A stretch of DNA of 64,000 nucleotides, taken from positions 546,634 through 610,633 of the forward strand of contig JAQTZF010000001.1 in the NCBI GenBank assembly GCA_028687915.1. The letters are read 5' to 3'. This DNA comes from Candidatus Daviesbacteria bacterium (lineage in GTDB: Bacteria > Patescibacteriota > Microgenomatia > Daviesbacterales > UBA10151). This document shows positions 1 to 9,811 of this stretch, one piece after another. The number at the start of each line of letters is the position of its first letter. Position 1 is the first letter of the stretch. Both the position numbers and the translations under genes were made by a program. The notes beneath the pieces were generated by a model, which worked only from the letters and a program-made list of their open reading frames with translations, did no database searches and had not been told where the DNA came from.

Positions 1-104
1 TTTAAGATATTACCCGTCACCAATTTGGGTGAGAATAACTGTGTGGTTAGGTATTCTCGTTTCAATGTTTCTTATTTGGAAGACTGCAAGGAGGGTAATT
101 TCGC

Positions 105-998
105 GTGGTTGAGTTGGCAATTGTGATAGTGAATTTTAATACTGAAAAATTAATATTAGATTGTTTAGAGTCAATTTATAAGAATAAACCAAAAGTTAGC
201 TTTGAGATATGGGTGGTTGATAATTGTTCAACAGATCAATCTGTGTCTTTAATAAAAAAACACTTTCCAAATGTTCATTTGATTGAAAGTGACAAAAATT
301 TGGGGTTTGCTGGTGGAAATAATCTGGCGCTTAAAAAAGCCTCTGCAAAAAATTATTTATTACTTAATTCTGATACTTTGGTAAAGAGCAATTCTTTGGA
401 TAATCTGGTTGATTTTGCATCTTCATCTGATTATGGCATTTGCTCATGCAAATTGGTTTATAAAAATGGGGCTTTTCAACCAAATGCCGGTGAATTGCCT
501 ACCTTTTTCCCAATGTTTTTTTGGATTTCAGGGTTAGATGATATTTTAGAGAAAGTGCTTTTTATAAAATCATATCAGGCAAGAGATAAAAACTATTACT
601 TTGATAAAGCTACCGTGGGATGGGTTTCAGGTTCTGTTATGTTAGTTAAAGATGAAGTTATAAAGAAAATAGGATTATTGGATGAGGCAATTTTTATGTA
701 TGGTGAGGATGTAGAATACTGTTTTAGAGCAAATAAGGCAGGCTTTATAACTGGTTGGACAAATTCTGCAGAAATTATCCATATTGGTGGTGGTAGCTCT
801 ACCTCTCCAAAATATAATCAATGGTTTGGAGAATTTAAAGGGTTAATTTATATCTACAATAAGTTATTTGGGACATTGGCAATGTATTTTATTAAGTTTA
901 TGTTATATTCTTTTATCTTAGTGAGAACTTTAATCTTTTTATTATTAGGTAAAGTATCATATTCAAAAACATATGCAAAAATCTTTATCAATCTTTAA
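105..998 (+). CDS. Family 2 glycosyltransferase
   Basis: The N-terminus IVIVNFNTEKLILDCLESI...VVDNCSTDQS is a typical GT2 GT-A fold with a DxD region. It is the first gene of the glycan cluster. Confidence 0.7.
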   Translation: MVELAIVIVNFNTEKLILDCLESIYKNKPKVSFEIWVVDNCSTDQSVSLIKKHFPNVHLIESDKNLGFAGGNNLALKKASAKNYLLLNSDTLVKSNSLDNLVDFASSSDYGICSCKLVYKNGAFQPNAGELPTFFPMFFWISGLDDILEKVLFIKSYQARDKNYYFDKATVGWVSGSVMLVKDEVIKKIGLLDEAIFMYGEDVEYCFRANKAGFITGWTNSAEIIHIGGGSSTSPKYNQWFGEFKGLIYIYNKLFGTLAMYFIKFMLYSFILVRTLIFLLLGKVSYSKTYAKIFINL

Positions 999-2433
999 TA
1001 AATACTTTTTTTGGGTTGTGCTATTTTTAATGGCCTTTATTCCTTTGTACCCAAAATTTCCAATTTTAAATGTAGCTGGTACTTTTGTGGCTATTAGAAT
1101 TGAAGACTTTTTAATCGCTGTTATTTTAGGCATTTGGATTTTGAAGATTATTTTGACTAAGCAAATCTTTGCTGTTTTTTCAGAAGAAACTAATAAAATA
1201 TTAATGGTTTTTTTCTTTGTTGGGTTGGTGTCTTTATTTTCTGCGATATTTTTAACTCAAACTGTTATACCATCGCTTGCTTTGCTGCACTTTTTTAGAA
1301 GAGTTGAGCTAATGTTGCTGCTGCCACTTGCAGTAAGCGTAGTAACAACCCGTAAACAACTCATAGCCTTATTGGTAGCAGGCTTAGTAATTGTATCTTT
1401 AGTAAATGGATATGCTTTTGGACAAAAGTATTTTGATTGGCCTGTAATATCTACTGGTAATTCGGAATTTTCAAAAGGCTTAATTTTACATTTGAGCCCA
1501 GAGGCCAGAGTTAGTTCAACTTTTGCCGGACATTATGACTTAGCTGTTTTTATGGTTATGGTGTTATCAATTGGCTCAGCAGTTTTTTTCAGTCTAAAAA
1601 AGTTATATATGAAAGCAATAACATTTATTATTCTTTTGTCATCAGTAATAGTGTTAGTAATGACTGCAGCCAGATTATCTTTTGTATCAGTTCTAATAGG
1701 AATTGCGCTTTCATTACTTTTAACAGGTAAGAAGTGGTTTATATTAGTGATGATTATTGTTTCTGTTGCAATATTGGCTTACCCGTCTCAACTTCGCGAG
1801 CGTTTAATTGCTACTGTTTCTGTTAGTATTCTGCAAGAAGGGGAGAGATATGTTAGTACTAACGCTGACCAACAGCAGGAAAGCTTGATCAATATACCAA
1901 CGTTATTACTACAAACCTCTAGTTCTTCTGGTTTAAGACATAATACTTCAAGTAATTCTGCAAGTCCTTCAGCAGAGTCAACGATAGCCGCACAAATATC
2001 AGATATAGTTCCAGGAGAACCTACAAATATTACTGATTTAGCAGTTTATCGTTCATACGGTATTCGTTTTGATCAAGAGTGGCCACGAGCTATCCGGGCA
2101 GTGATAAAAAATCCCTTTCTTGGTACTGGATATTCATCTTTAGGATTAGCTACAGATAATGATTTTCTAAGATCTTTGGGTGAAGTTGGGTTATTGGGAA
2201 CAATTTCTTTTTCATTGATAATATTAACAATTCTTAAACAATTATGGTTATCTTTTCAAAAATCAAAAGATAAATTAATTAAATATTCTTTAGCAGGGGT
2301 AATGGCAATGATTATAGCGTTTATTTCTAATGGAATATTTATTGACGTGTTTGAAGCTTCAAAAGTAGCTACACTATTTTGGTTATTTTGTGGATTTGGC
2401 CTAGCTTTAACTAAATTAAATGAAAATTCTTAA
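973..2433 (+). CDS. Polytopic membrane protein, O-antigen ligase / Wzy_C-like
   Basis: The ORF track shows about 10-12 hydrophobic helices and a large Ser/Thr-rich loop (TSSSSGLRHNTSSNSASPSAE), which resembles the O-antigen ligase family. It is embedded among glycosyltransferase genes. The start is uncertain; 1030 is an alternative. Confidence 0.45.
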   Translation: MQKSLSIFNKYFFWVVLFLMAFIPLYPKFPILNVAGTFVAIRIEDFLIAVILGIWILKIILTKQIFAVFSEETNKILMVFFFVGLVSLFSAIFLTQTVIPSLALLHFFRRVELMLLLPLAVSVVTTRKQLIALLVAGLVIVSLVNGYAFGQKYFDWPVISTGNSEFSKGLILHLSPEARVSSTFAGHYDLAVFMVMVLSIGSAVFFSLKKLYMKAITFIILLSSVIVLVMTAARLSFVSVLIGIALSLLLTGKKWFILVMIIVSVAILAYPSQLRERLIATVSVSILQEGERYVSTNADQQQESLINIPTLLLQTSSSSGLRHNTSSNSASPSAESTIAAQISDIVPGEPTNITDLAVYRSYGIRFDQEWPRAIRAVIKNPFLGTGYSSLGLATDNDFLRSLGEVGLLGTISFSLIILTILKQLWLSFQKSKDKLIKYSLAGVMAMIIAFISNGIFIDVFEASKVATLFWLFCGFGLALTKLNENS

Positions 2434-3898
2434 ATTTATATTTAATCAATATACTTGTTTGTTTCTAATTCTGGTAATTGGATTTTTGGTACGTTTATAT
2501 AAAATTGATACTCCTCTTGCTGATTGGCATTCCTGGAGACAGGCTGATACAGCTGCTGTTGCCAGAAATTTTTATAAGGAAGGTTATACTCCCTTTATTC
2601 CAAAATATGATGATATGTCCGGAGTTGCTGAAAACCCAATACCAAATCCTAATCGTTATCGTTTTGTGGAGTTTCCTATATATAACAGCTTAGTTTATTT
2701 TGCTTATGTAATTAACGGTGGTGTAGATATTAGGTTAGCCAGATTGGTTTCGATAATTATGTCACTTGGTTCAATTATCTTTTTGTTCCTTACTGTAAGA
2801 AGGCAGCTGGATAGAGCAACTGCTTTAACTGCTGCTTTTGTCTTTGCAGTTTTGCCGTATAGTATCTTTTATTCAAGAGTAATTTTGCCTGAACCAACAT
2901 TGATTTTCTTCTCCCTGGGAATGCTTTACTTCGTAGATCGTTGGATCTACGAAGACAGCCTTCGGCTGTATTTTGTAAGCGTTTTCTTTACTATATGCGC
3001 TTTTTTGGTTAAACCGGTAGCTGGATTTTATTTGTTGCCATTACTTTATTCATACTATAAAAAGGAAGGTAAATTATGGCCTCCAAAAAGATATTTCCTT
3101 TGGATAATACCTGCGCTTGCACCTTTTATTGCCTGGAGAATATGGATGTCTAATTTCCCTGAAGGTATACCTGCATCAAATTGGTTATTTAATGGAACGC
3201 ATATAAGATTTAGACCTGCTTTTTGGAGGTGGATATTTGGTGATCGGTTTGGCAGGGAAATATTAGGTATGGCAGGATCATTTTTATTCTTCTTTGGTTT
3301 AATTAAGAAACCAGAAACTGGAAAATATTTACTTCATTTCCTGGTACTCTCATCTTTTTTATATCTTTTGGTTTTTGCTACAGGAAACGTTACTCATGAT
3401 TATTATCAAACCATCATAATTCCTGCCTTATCAGTTTTTGTTGCTGTTGGTTTAGTAACCCTCTTTCGAGGATTTAATGGAATGATTCCTCGTATTTTTA
3501 CCATTCCATTAGCAATTTTTATGTTTACTCTAATGATTTATTTGGGATGGAATGAGGTTAAGGGCTTGTATCAAATTAATAATGGCGTGATTGTTGAAGC
3601 AGGAGAGTTTGCAGATAAGATCTTACCTAAAAATGCTGTTGTAGTTGCTCCTTATGGAGGAGACACTGCTTTTTTATATCAAGTTAACAGACCTGGGTTT
3701 GCTTACTCTGTACTTCCTGTTAAAGATTTAGTGAATAAGTTTGGTGTTAAATATTATGTTTCAGTTGATTATAACGATAAAACAAATTGGGTAATAAGAA
3801 ATTTTAAAACATTAGAAAAAAATCCAAAGTTTGTGATCGCAGATCTAAGTCAGCCAATCTCAACAACTGGTGCAGTATTAGAAGTTGAGCCAAACTAA
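2420..3898 (+). CDS. GT-C fold membrane glycosyltransferase, ArnT/PMT-like (GT39/GT83-like)
   Basis: It is a multi-TM protein with the N-terminal motif YKIDTPLADWHSWRQADTAAVARNF, which is characteristic of the dolichyl/undecaprenyl-phosphate-sugar dependent GT-C transferases (PMT_2/ArnT family). Confidence 0.6.
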   Translation: MKILKFIFNQYTCLFLILVIGFLVRLYKIDTPLADWHSWRQADTAAVARNFYKEGYTPFIPKYDDMSGVAENPIPNPNRYRFVEFPIYNSLVYFAYVINGGVDIRLARLVSIIMSLGSIIFLFLTVRRQLDRATALTAAFVFAVLPYSIFYSRVILPEPTLIFFSLGMLYFVDRWIYEDSLRLYFVSVFFTICAFLVKPVAGFYLLPLLYSYYKKEGKLWPPKRYFLWIIPALAPFIAWRIWMSNFPEGIPASNWLFNGTHIRFRPAFWRWIFGDRFGREILGMAGSFLFFFGLIKKPETGKYLLHFLVLSSFLYLLVFATGNVTHDYYQTIIIPALSVFVAVGLVTLFRGFNGMIPRIFTIPLAIFMFTLMIYLGWNEVKGLYQINNGVIVEAGEFADKILPKNAVVVAPYGGDTAFLYQVNRPGFAYSVLPVKDLVNKFGVKYYVSVDYNDKTNWVIRNFKTLEKNPKFVIADLSQPISTTGAVLEVEPN

Positions 3899-3899
3899 T

Positions 3900-5096
3900 A
3901 TGAAAATTTTAATGTTAACCCCTTATTTACCATATCCCCCTTCATCTGGCGGACAAATTAGATCTTATAATTTAATAAAACAGCTATCAAAAAAACATGA
4001 AATCACTTTGTATTCCTTAATTAAATACGAGAGTGAAACAAAATATGTTGCTGAGCTGGAAAAATATTGTAAAACTGTAAAGATTTTTAGAAGACCACAA
4101 AAGCCATGGACACCTGTAAATATTTTTAGAACAGCTGTAAGTCTGTATCCATTTTTAGTTATAAGAAATTTTTCTGCAGATGAGAAAAGAGATATTACTG
4201 AAACTTTAAAGAATGAGACATTTGATTTAATTCACGCAGAAACATTTTATGTAAGCCCTCATATTCCTAAAACAAACATTCCAATGGTTTTAGTTGATCA
4301 GACTATAGAATTCCAGGTTTATCAACACTATGTACACACTTTTAAGTGGATCTTTTTAAAACCAATTCTTTTGATAGATGTTTTAAAAATTAAATTTTGG
4401 GAAACTTATTTCTGGAAAAAAGCTAAAAAGGTGGTTGCAGTTTCAGAATCAGATGCCAAAAAAATGAGGCAATTAGCTCCGGGTTTAAATGTCTCAGTCG
4501 TACCAAATGGTGTGGGTGAAGATTTAATGGATGATATTCCTTTGCACTTTTCCCAAACAGTACTTTTTATGGGTAATTATGCTTGGTTGCAAAATATTGA
4601 AGCTGCAAGAATTTTAGCGAAAGAAGTATTTCCTTTGATAAAGAAAGAGCTTCCGGAAGTTAAATTAATTATTGCAGGACAATATACAGAAAAGATAGAA
4701 GAATTAAAATCTGAAGATATTAAATTAGTAAATCTTGGATTAGATGATATTGATGGAGTAAAGAAAGCTTATCAGGAAAATGGTATTTTGGTTGCTCCTC
4801 TTTATGGCCCTGGTGGAACAAGATTAAAGATATTAGCTGCCATGGCAGCTAAGTTACCAGTAGTAACTACTAATGTGGGAATTGAAGGGATAGAAGCTGT
4901 AAATGGTGAACATGTTTTATTTGGACAAACACCAGAATTATTAGCTAAATTAGCAATCAAATTACTAACTGATAAAAAGTTATATTCTGATATTGCAACT
5001 AATGCCAGAAAGTTAGTTGAGGAAAGATATTCTTACTTTTCAGTTGCTGAGCAGCTCGATAAAATTTACAGAGAGGTGCAAAACAATGAAGGATAA
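3900..5096 (+). CDS. Family 4 (group 1) glycosyltransferase
   Basis: The N-terminus MKILMLTPYLPYPPSSGGQIRSYNLIKQLS and the C-terminal motif EGIEAVNGEHVLF are typical of the GT4/GT-B fold. The track ORF begins at a TTG at 3885; the ATG at 3900 follows the upstream stop at 3898. Confidence 0.7.
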   Translation: MKILMLTPYLPYPPSSGGQIRSYNLIKQLSKKHEITLYSLIKYESETKYVAELEKYCKTVKIFRRPQKPWTPVNIFRTAVSLYPFLVIRNFSADEKRDITETLKNETFDLIHAETFYVSPHIPKTNIPMVLVDQTIEFQVYQHYVHTFKWIFLKPILLIDVLKIKFWETYFWKKAKKVVAVSESDAKKMRQLAPGLNVSVVPNGVGEDLMDDIPLHFSQTVLFMGNYAWLQNIEAARILAKEVFPLIKKELPEVKLIIAGQYTEKIEELKSEDIKLVNLGLDDIDGVKKAYQENGILVAPLYGPGGTRLKILAAMAAKLPVVTTNVGIEGIEAVNGEHVLFGQTPELLAKLAIKLLTDKKLYSDIATNARKLVEERYSYFSVAEQLDKIYREVQNNEG

Positions 5097-5961
5097 ATTA
5101 TCTATTGTAATAGTTAATTATAATTCAGGGAATTATCTGTTAAGTTGTTTAAAATCTATTGAGGTAAATAAAGGAGAGTTAGATTTAGATATCTGGGTAG
5201 TTGATAGTTCCTCAGATGATGAGAGCTTTGAATTAGCGAAAAAACATTTTCCTAATCTTAACTATATTTCCAATAAGGAAAATGTAGGATTTACTAAAGC
5301 AAATAATCAGGCTTTAAGAAAAATAGAAAATGAATATATATTAATTTTAAATCCTGATACTGAAGTCTTCTCTGATACATTAAGTTATATGCTTAACTTC
5401 CTGAAACAAAATGAAAATATAGGTGCGACAACATGCAAGGTAGAATTAGCTAATAATAAGCTTGACTGGAGTTCTCACAGAGGTTTCCCTACTCCTCTTG
5501 CCTCGTTTTTTTATTACTTTCTCCGTAATGATAAATATTATCATTTAAGTGATTTAAATATGAGCAAGACTCATGAAGTTGATGCTGTAACAGGAGCTTT
5601 TTTATTAACACGAAAATCAGTACTAGATAAAGTAGGGTTATTTGATGAGGATTATTTTATGTATGGTGAAGACTTGGATTTATGTTTCAGAATAAAACAG
5701 GCAGGATATAAAATTGTTTTTGTGCCAGACGTGAAAATTATCCATTATAAGGGTGTCTCTTCTGGGATAAAAGGCCATAGCCAACAATTGACAAAAGCTA
5801 ACATTGAATCAAAAACACTTGCTTTTAATTCATTTTATAAAACTATGAAAATATTTTATAAAAAAAACCTTTCATCACGGTATCCATTTTTTATTAACTG
5901 GATTGTGTATTTAGGTATTGATTTAAAATGGATTTTAGCTAGAAGGAAACTTCATGTATGA
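5086..5961 (+). CDS. Family 2 glycosyltransferase
   Basis: LSIVIVNYNSGNYLLSCLKSI...VVDSSSDDES is a GT2 domain. The ATG at 5086 overlaps the upstream stop by 11 nt. The track ORF at 5017 is a 5' over-extension. Confidence 0.7.
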   Translation: MKDKLSIVIVNYNSGNYLLSCLKSIEVNKGELDLDIWVVDSSSDDESFELAKKHFPNLNYISNKENVGFTKANNQALRKIENEYILILNPDTEVFSDTLSYMLNFLKQNENIGATTCKVELANNKLDWSSHRGFPTPLASFFYYFLRNDKYYHLSDLNMSKTHEVDAVTGAFLLTRKSVLDKVGLFDEDYFMYGEDLDLCFRIKQAGYKIVFVPDVKIIHYKGVSSGIKGHSQQLTKANIESKTLAFNSFYKTMKIFYKKNLSSRYPFFINWIVYLGIDLKWILARRKLHV

Positions 5962-7076
5962 AAATTGTGATTGATGCCAGGTTATGGTCTGAGAGTGGAT
6001 TGGGAAGATATATCAGGAATTTAGTCCAGGAATTATCAAAAGCAGATCTTGAAAATAAGTATTATATCCTACTTTTAAAAAAAGATTTTGATAATGTAAA
6101 TTTATCAAATCAAAACTTTGAAAAGGTTTTAGCTGACTTTAAATGGTACAGTTTATCTGAACAAATTAAGTTGCCAAAGTTATTAAATAGTTTAAAACCA
6201 GATCTTGTACATTTTCCTCATTTTAATGTTCCTATTTTATACAGAGGAAAATTTATTGTTACAATCCATGATTTAATTCATCAGCATTATAAAACCAGAA
6301 AAGCAAGCACTCACAATATTATTCTTTATCATTTTAAAAATTTCAGTTATAAAAAAGTATTTGGATTTGCTGTTAACCATTCTATAAAAATAATTACACC
6401 TTCTGTATTTGTAAAAAAACAACTTATTGATGAATGGAAAATTGCAGCTGATAAAATAGAAGTAACCCCAGAAGGTGTTGATAATTCTATAATTGATCTT
6501 GTAAAACAAGTTGATTCAGGTGATTTTCAAAAAGTGAGTCACAAATTTGGTATTAATAAACCTTATCTATTTTATGTTGGTAATGCTCAACCACATAAGA
6601 ATATAAGTAATTTAATTAAATCATTTATTCAAATTAAAAATAAATTTTCCCAATACTCACTTGTTTTATCAGGACCTGAACACTATTTTTGGCGACTTTT
6701 AGAAAAAGAAAATAAAGTTAAGGATGTAATTTTTACAGGACATTTGAGTGAAAGAGAGCTTGTTGCTTTATATAAAAATGCGCAAGTTTTTATCATGCCA
6801 TCATTTGAAGAAGGATTTGGTTTACCAATACTTGAGGCAATGGCTTGTAGGGTACCTGTTTTATCTTCAAATGCTGCATCCTTACCTGAGGTTGGAGGAG
6901 AGGCTGCTATATATTTTAATCCTGGTGATACGACAGATATATTTGAAAAAACTAGCAAGCTACTAGAAGACAGTAAATTACGAAAAGAATTAATTAAAAA
7001 AGGAGAAAAAAGATTTAGAGAATTTAGCTGGAAAAAGTTAACCAGAGAAACTTTAGATGTTTATCAAAAATCTTAA
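5958..7076 (+). CDS. Family 4 (group 1) glycosyltransferase
   Basis: The C-terminal motif [21 protein letters not shown] is a hallmark of GT4 retaining glycosyltransferases. Confidence 0.7.
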   Translation: MKIVIDARLWSESGLGRYIRNLVQELSKADLENKYYILLLKKDFDNVNLSNQNFEKVLADFKWYSLSEQIKLPKLLNSLKPDLVHFPHFNVPILYRGKFIVTIHDLIHQHYKTRKASTHNIILYHFKNFSYKKVFGFAVNHSIKIITPSVFVKKQLIDEWKIAADKIEVTPEGVDNSIIDLVKQVDSGDFQKVSHKFGINKPYLFYVGNAQPHKNISNLIKSFIQIKNKFSQYSLVLSGPEHYFWRLLEKENKVKDVIFTGHLSERELVALYKNAQVFIMPSFEEGFGLPILEAMACRVPVLSSNAASLPEVGGEAAIYFNPGDTTDIFEKTSKLLEDSKLRKELIKKGEKRFREFSWKKLTRETLDVYQKS

Positions 7077-7984
7077 ATCTTCTCTGCTGCACGGAGTTTA
7101 GCGCTGCGTGAACGGGGGTTGTCTTGTATTTCCTTCTCTTCTGGTTCAAGGGGTTTTTGAGTAATGACTCTGACAGTATTATTTTCTTCTTCTGCCTTAA
7201 AAAAGTTTTTAACAATTCTATCCTCTAGTGAATGAAAACTTATTATGACTAATCTGCCAAAAGGTTGTAAAATTTCTAAAGCCTGAGGTAATGTTTCTTC
7301 CAGGTTAGTTAGTTCATCATTTACTGCAATTCGTAAAGCCTGAAAAACTTTTGTTGCAGGATGAATTTTTTTAGACTTATCAATCTTCTTAACAGATAAA
7401 ATTATTTGAGCTAACTTTTCTGTTGTATCTATCTTTTCATGGCTTCTATATTCAACTATTCTTCTTGCTATTGGTTTGGCAAATTGCTCTTCACCATATT
7501 TCCAAAATAGTTCTGCCAATTCATTAACATATAAACCATTAACCAAATCAGCTGCAGTCAGAGTCTGAGTTCTATCCATCCTCATATCTAATGGAGCATT
7601 TTTATTAAAACTAAATCCTCTGGTATCTGTTTCAAGTTGATAAGAAGATAGTCCTAAATCAAACAGTATTCCTGCTGGAGATTGGGGAAGAAGAGAAGAA
7701 GATATTTCTTTTATCTGAGAAAAGTTTGCCTGGCAAATAATTAAAGACTCTGATATGGCTTGAAAACGGTCATTAATTAAATTAAGGGTTAATCCGTACT
7801 TTTGGGAAACTTGTTTTATGGCATCTAAATCACAATCTATGCCAAGTACTTTTCCTCCTGCATTTAATATCCTTTCTGTATGGCCACCTCCACCCAAGTT
7901 ACAATCAATATACCAGGCGCCTTTCTGCACCTTTAAATAAGTAATTGCCTCTTCTGGCATAACTGGAATATGATAAGACCCCAT
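7073..7984 (-). CDS. rsmH: 16S rRNA (cytosine1402-N4)-methyltransferase RsmH (MraW)
   Basis: HIPVMPEEAITYLKVQKGAWYIDCNLGGGGHTERIL is the canonical RsmH N-terminus with its SAM-binding motif. The gene is on the minus strand, separated from mraZ. Confidence 0.85.
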   Translation of the reverse strand: MGSYHIPVMPEEAITYLKVQKGAWYIDCNLGGGGHTERILNAGGKVLGIDCDLDAIKQVSQKYGLTLNLINDRFQAISESLIICQANFSQIKEISSSLLPQSPAGILFDLGLSSYQLETDTRGFSFNKNAPLDMRMDRTQTLTAADLVNGLYVNELAELFWKYGEEQFAKPIARRIVEYRSHEKIDTTEKLAQIILSVKKIDKSKKIHPATKVFQALRIAVNDELTNLEETLPQALEILQPFGRLVIISFHSLEDRIVKNFFKAEEENNTVRVITQKPLEPEEKEIQDNPRSRSAKLRAAEKI

Positions 7985-8029
7985 GTTTGCATTTTAGCAT
8001 TCTGATACAATTTTAAATATATTAATAAT

Positions 8030-9118
8030 ATGTATAAAAAATTAAAAGTAGCATTGGTACATGATGATTTGGTTCAGTGGGGAGGGGCAGAACGCGTTTT
8101 AGTAACTTTAAGCCAGATGTTTCCGGATGCACCCATCTACACTTCAGTCTTTGATAAAAAAAATAGAATGCTTAGAAGACATTTTGAGAATCGAAAAGTA
8201 ATTACTTCATTTATTCAAAAAATACCTTTTTGGAAAAATCTATATAGAATATTATTGCCTTTTTACTCATTTGCTTTTGAACTATTTGATTTTTCTGAAT
8301 ATGATTTAGTAATATCTCAAACTACCCGTTTTGCAAAGTCGGTTCTAACTAAATCAGGAACTCTTCATATAAGCTATGTGCATACACCCCCTAGATTTTT
8401 GTGGGATTTTTCAGGAGGTAAAATAATTGGTTTGGCTCAATTATTTTTCTCATTTCAACGGATTTTAGATCAAATTGTCAGTTCTCGTGTAGATATTTGG
8501 TTAGCTGGTTCGGTGAACTCAAGAAAAAGAATCAAAAAGATTTATAAAAGAGAGGCAAAAGTTATCTATCCTTTTGTTGATTTGGCTAGATTTTCTAAAG
8601 TAACTCCATTTGAGGGTGGATATTTATTAGTAGTTTCAAGACTCAATAACTATAAAAGAGTTGATCTTGTCATTCAGGCAGCTAACACAATGAATGTTCC
8701 CTTAAAAATAGTTGGAACAGGTCCGCAGGAAGAAAAATTAAAGAAGTTAGCTGGACCTTCAGTTGAATTTATTGGTTCTGTTGATGAGGAGCTTTTAACT
8801 CTGTTAATTTCTGGATGTAAGGCATTAGTTATAGCTGCAGAAGAAGATTTTGGGTTAATGCCTTTGGAGGCACAGGCCTTATCTAAACCAGTAATTGCTT
8901 ATAAAAGGGGAGGTGTAGTAGAGACTGTTATTGAAGGTAAAACAGGCTTCTTTTTTGACTATCAGACTGTTGAAAGTATTATGCAAGCATTGGTTAAATT
9001 AGACAAACATGGGTATAATAAGACACAGTGCCTTACTCAGGCCCGGTTATTTTCTAAGGAAAAATTCATTAAGGAATTTAATGGTATCATAAACTTGTCT
9101 ATGAGAAATATAAAATAA
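8030..9118 (+). CDS. Family 4 (group 1) glycosyltransferase
   Basis: VALVHDDLVQWGGAERVLVTL is a typical GT4 N-terminus, and a GT-B C-terminal region follows. Confidence 0.65.
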   Translation: MYKKLKVALVHDDLVQWGGAERVLVTLSQMFPDAPIYTSVFDKKNRMLRRHFENRKVITSFIQKIPFWKNLYRILLPFYSFAFELFDFSEYDLVISQTTRFAKSVLTKSGTLHISYVHTPPRFLWDFSGGKIIGLAQLFFSFQRILDQIVSSRVDIWLAGSVNSRKRIKKIYKREAKVIYPFVDLARFSKVTPFEGGYLLVVSRLNNYKRVDLVIQAANTMNVPLKIVGTGPQEEKLKKLAGPSVEFIGSVDEELLTLLISGCKALVIAAEEDFGLMPLEAQALSKPVIAYKRGGVVETVIEGKTGFFFDYQTVESIMQALVKLDKHGYNKTQCLTQARLFSKEKFIKEFNGIINLSMRNIK

Positions 9119-9120
9119 TT

Positions 9121-9801
9121 ATGCAGGATTTAGAAACAAACGAAGAATATTTACCTTCCTTGCAAGAAGATAAAAGTTTTAATTTTTACAAGAGATTAAT
9201 AGATATTTTAGGCGGAATTGTTGGGATTATTATATTCTCTCCTATTATGATAATTACAGCAATTTGTATTAAACTTGATTCAAAAGGACCAGTTTTTGCA
9301 GATACTCCAATGAGGGTTGGTAAGAATGGAAAACATTTTAAAATGTATAAATTCCGTTCTATGGTTGTAAATGCTCATAAAATTCTTCAAAAAGACCAAA
9401 AACTATTAGAAGAGTATAAAAAGAATAGCTATAAAATTATTGATGATCCACGAATTACAAATGTGGGTAAGCTTATTAGGAAAGTATCTATTGATGAAAT
9501 GCCACAATTCTTTAATGTATTAAAAGGTGATATGAGTATTGTTGGAATCAGGCCTTATTATCCTTTTGAGCTAGAAGAGCAACAACAGAAGTATCCTCAA
9601 AGTAAAAAATTTGTTAAGATAGTTTTACAGTCTAAACCAGGAATTACTGGTGTATGGCAGGTATCAGGCCGGTCGAATATAAATTTTGATAAAAGGGTTG
9701 AAATGGATGCAGGTTATGTACAAAAGAAGTCAATTCTTTATGACCTTCAGCTTATTTTAAGAACAATACCTGTTGTTTTATTAGGCAAGGGTGCGATTTA
9801 A
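9121..9801 (+). CDS. Small monotopic phosphoglycosyl transferase (bacterial sugar transferase, WbaP/PglC-like initiating enzyme)
   Basis: It has a single N-terminal helix, followed by KGPVFADTPMRVGKNGKHFKMYKFRSM and GIRPYYP...VKPGITG, which are the bacterial sugar-transferase family motifs. Confidence 0.75.
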   Translation: MQDLETNEEYLPSLQEDKSFNFYKRLIDILGGIVGIIIFSPIMIITAICIKLDSKGPVFADTPMRVGKNGKHFKMYKFRSMVVNAHKILQKDQKLLEEYKKNSYKIIDDPRITNVGKLIRKVSIDEMPQFFNVLKGDMSIVGIRPYYPFELEEQQQKYPQSKKFVKIVLQSKPGITGVWQVSGRSNINFDKRVEMDAGYVQKKSILYDLQLILRTIPVVLLGKGAI

Positions 9802-9811
9802 ATTTACTGCC

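Noticed and set aside
2478-2693. Nested or antisense small ORFs inside long genes (2478-2693, 6273-6509, 6683-6958, 10623-10917, 16034-16255, 18194-18789, 21329-21884, 24678-25187, 26204-26815, 27017-27610, 28593-28835, 29983-31151, 42021-42251, 44220-44576, 45893-46308, 47658-48147, 50354-50587, 53474-53728, 57425-57887, 61070-61321, 62790-62996, 63318-63500).
   Set aside because: Each lies within or antisense to a well-supported, motif-bearing CDS, with low-complexity translations typical of AT-rich frame noise.
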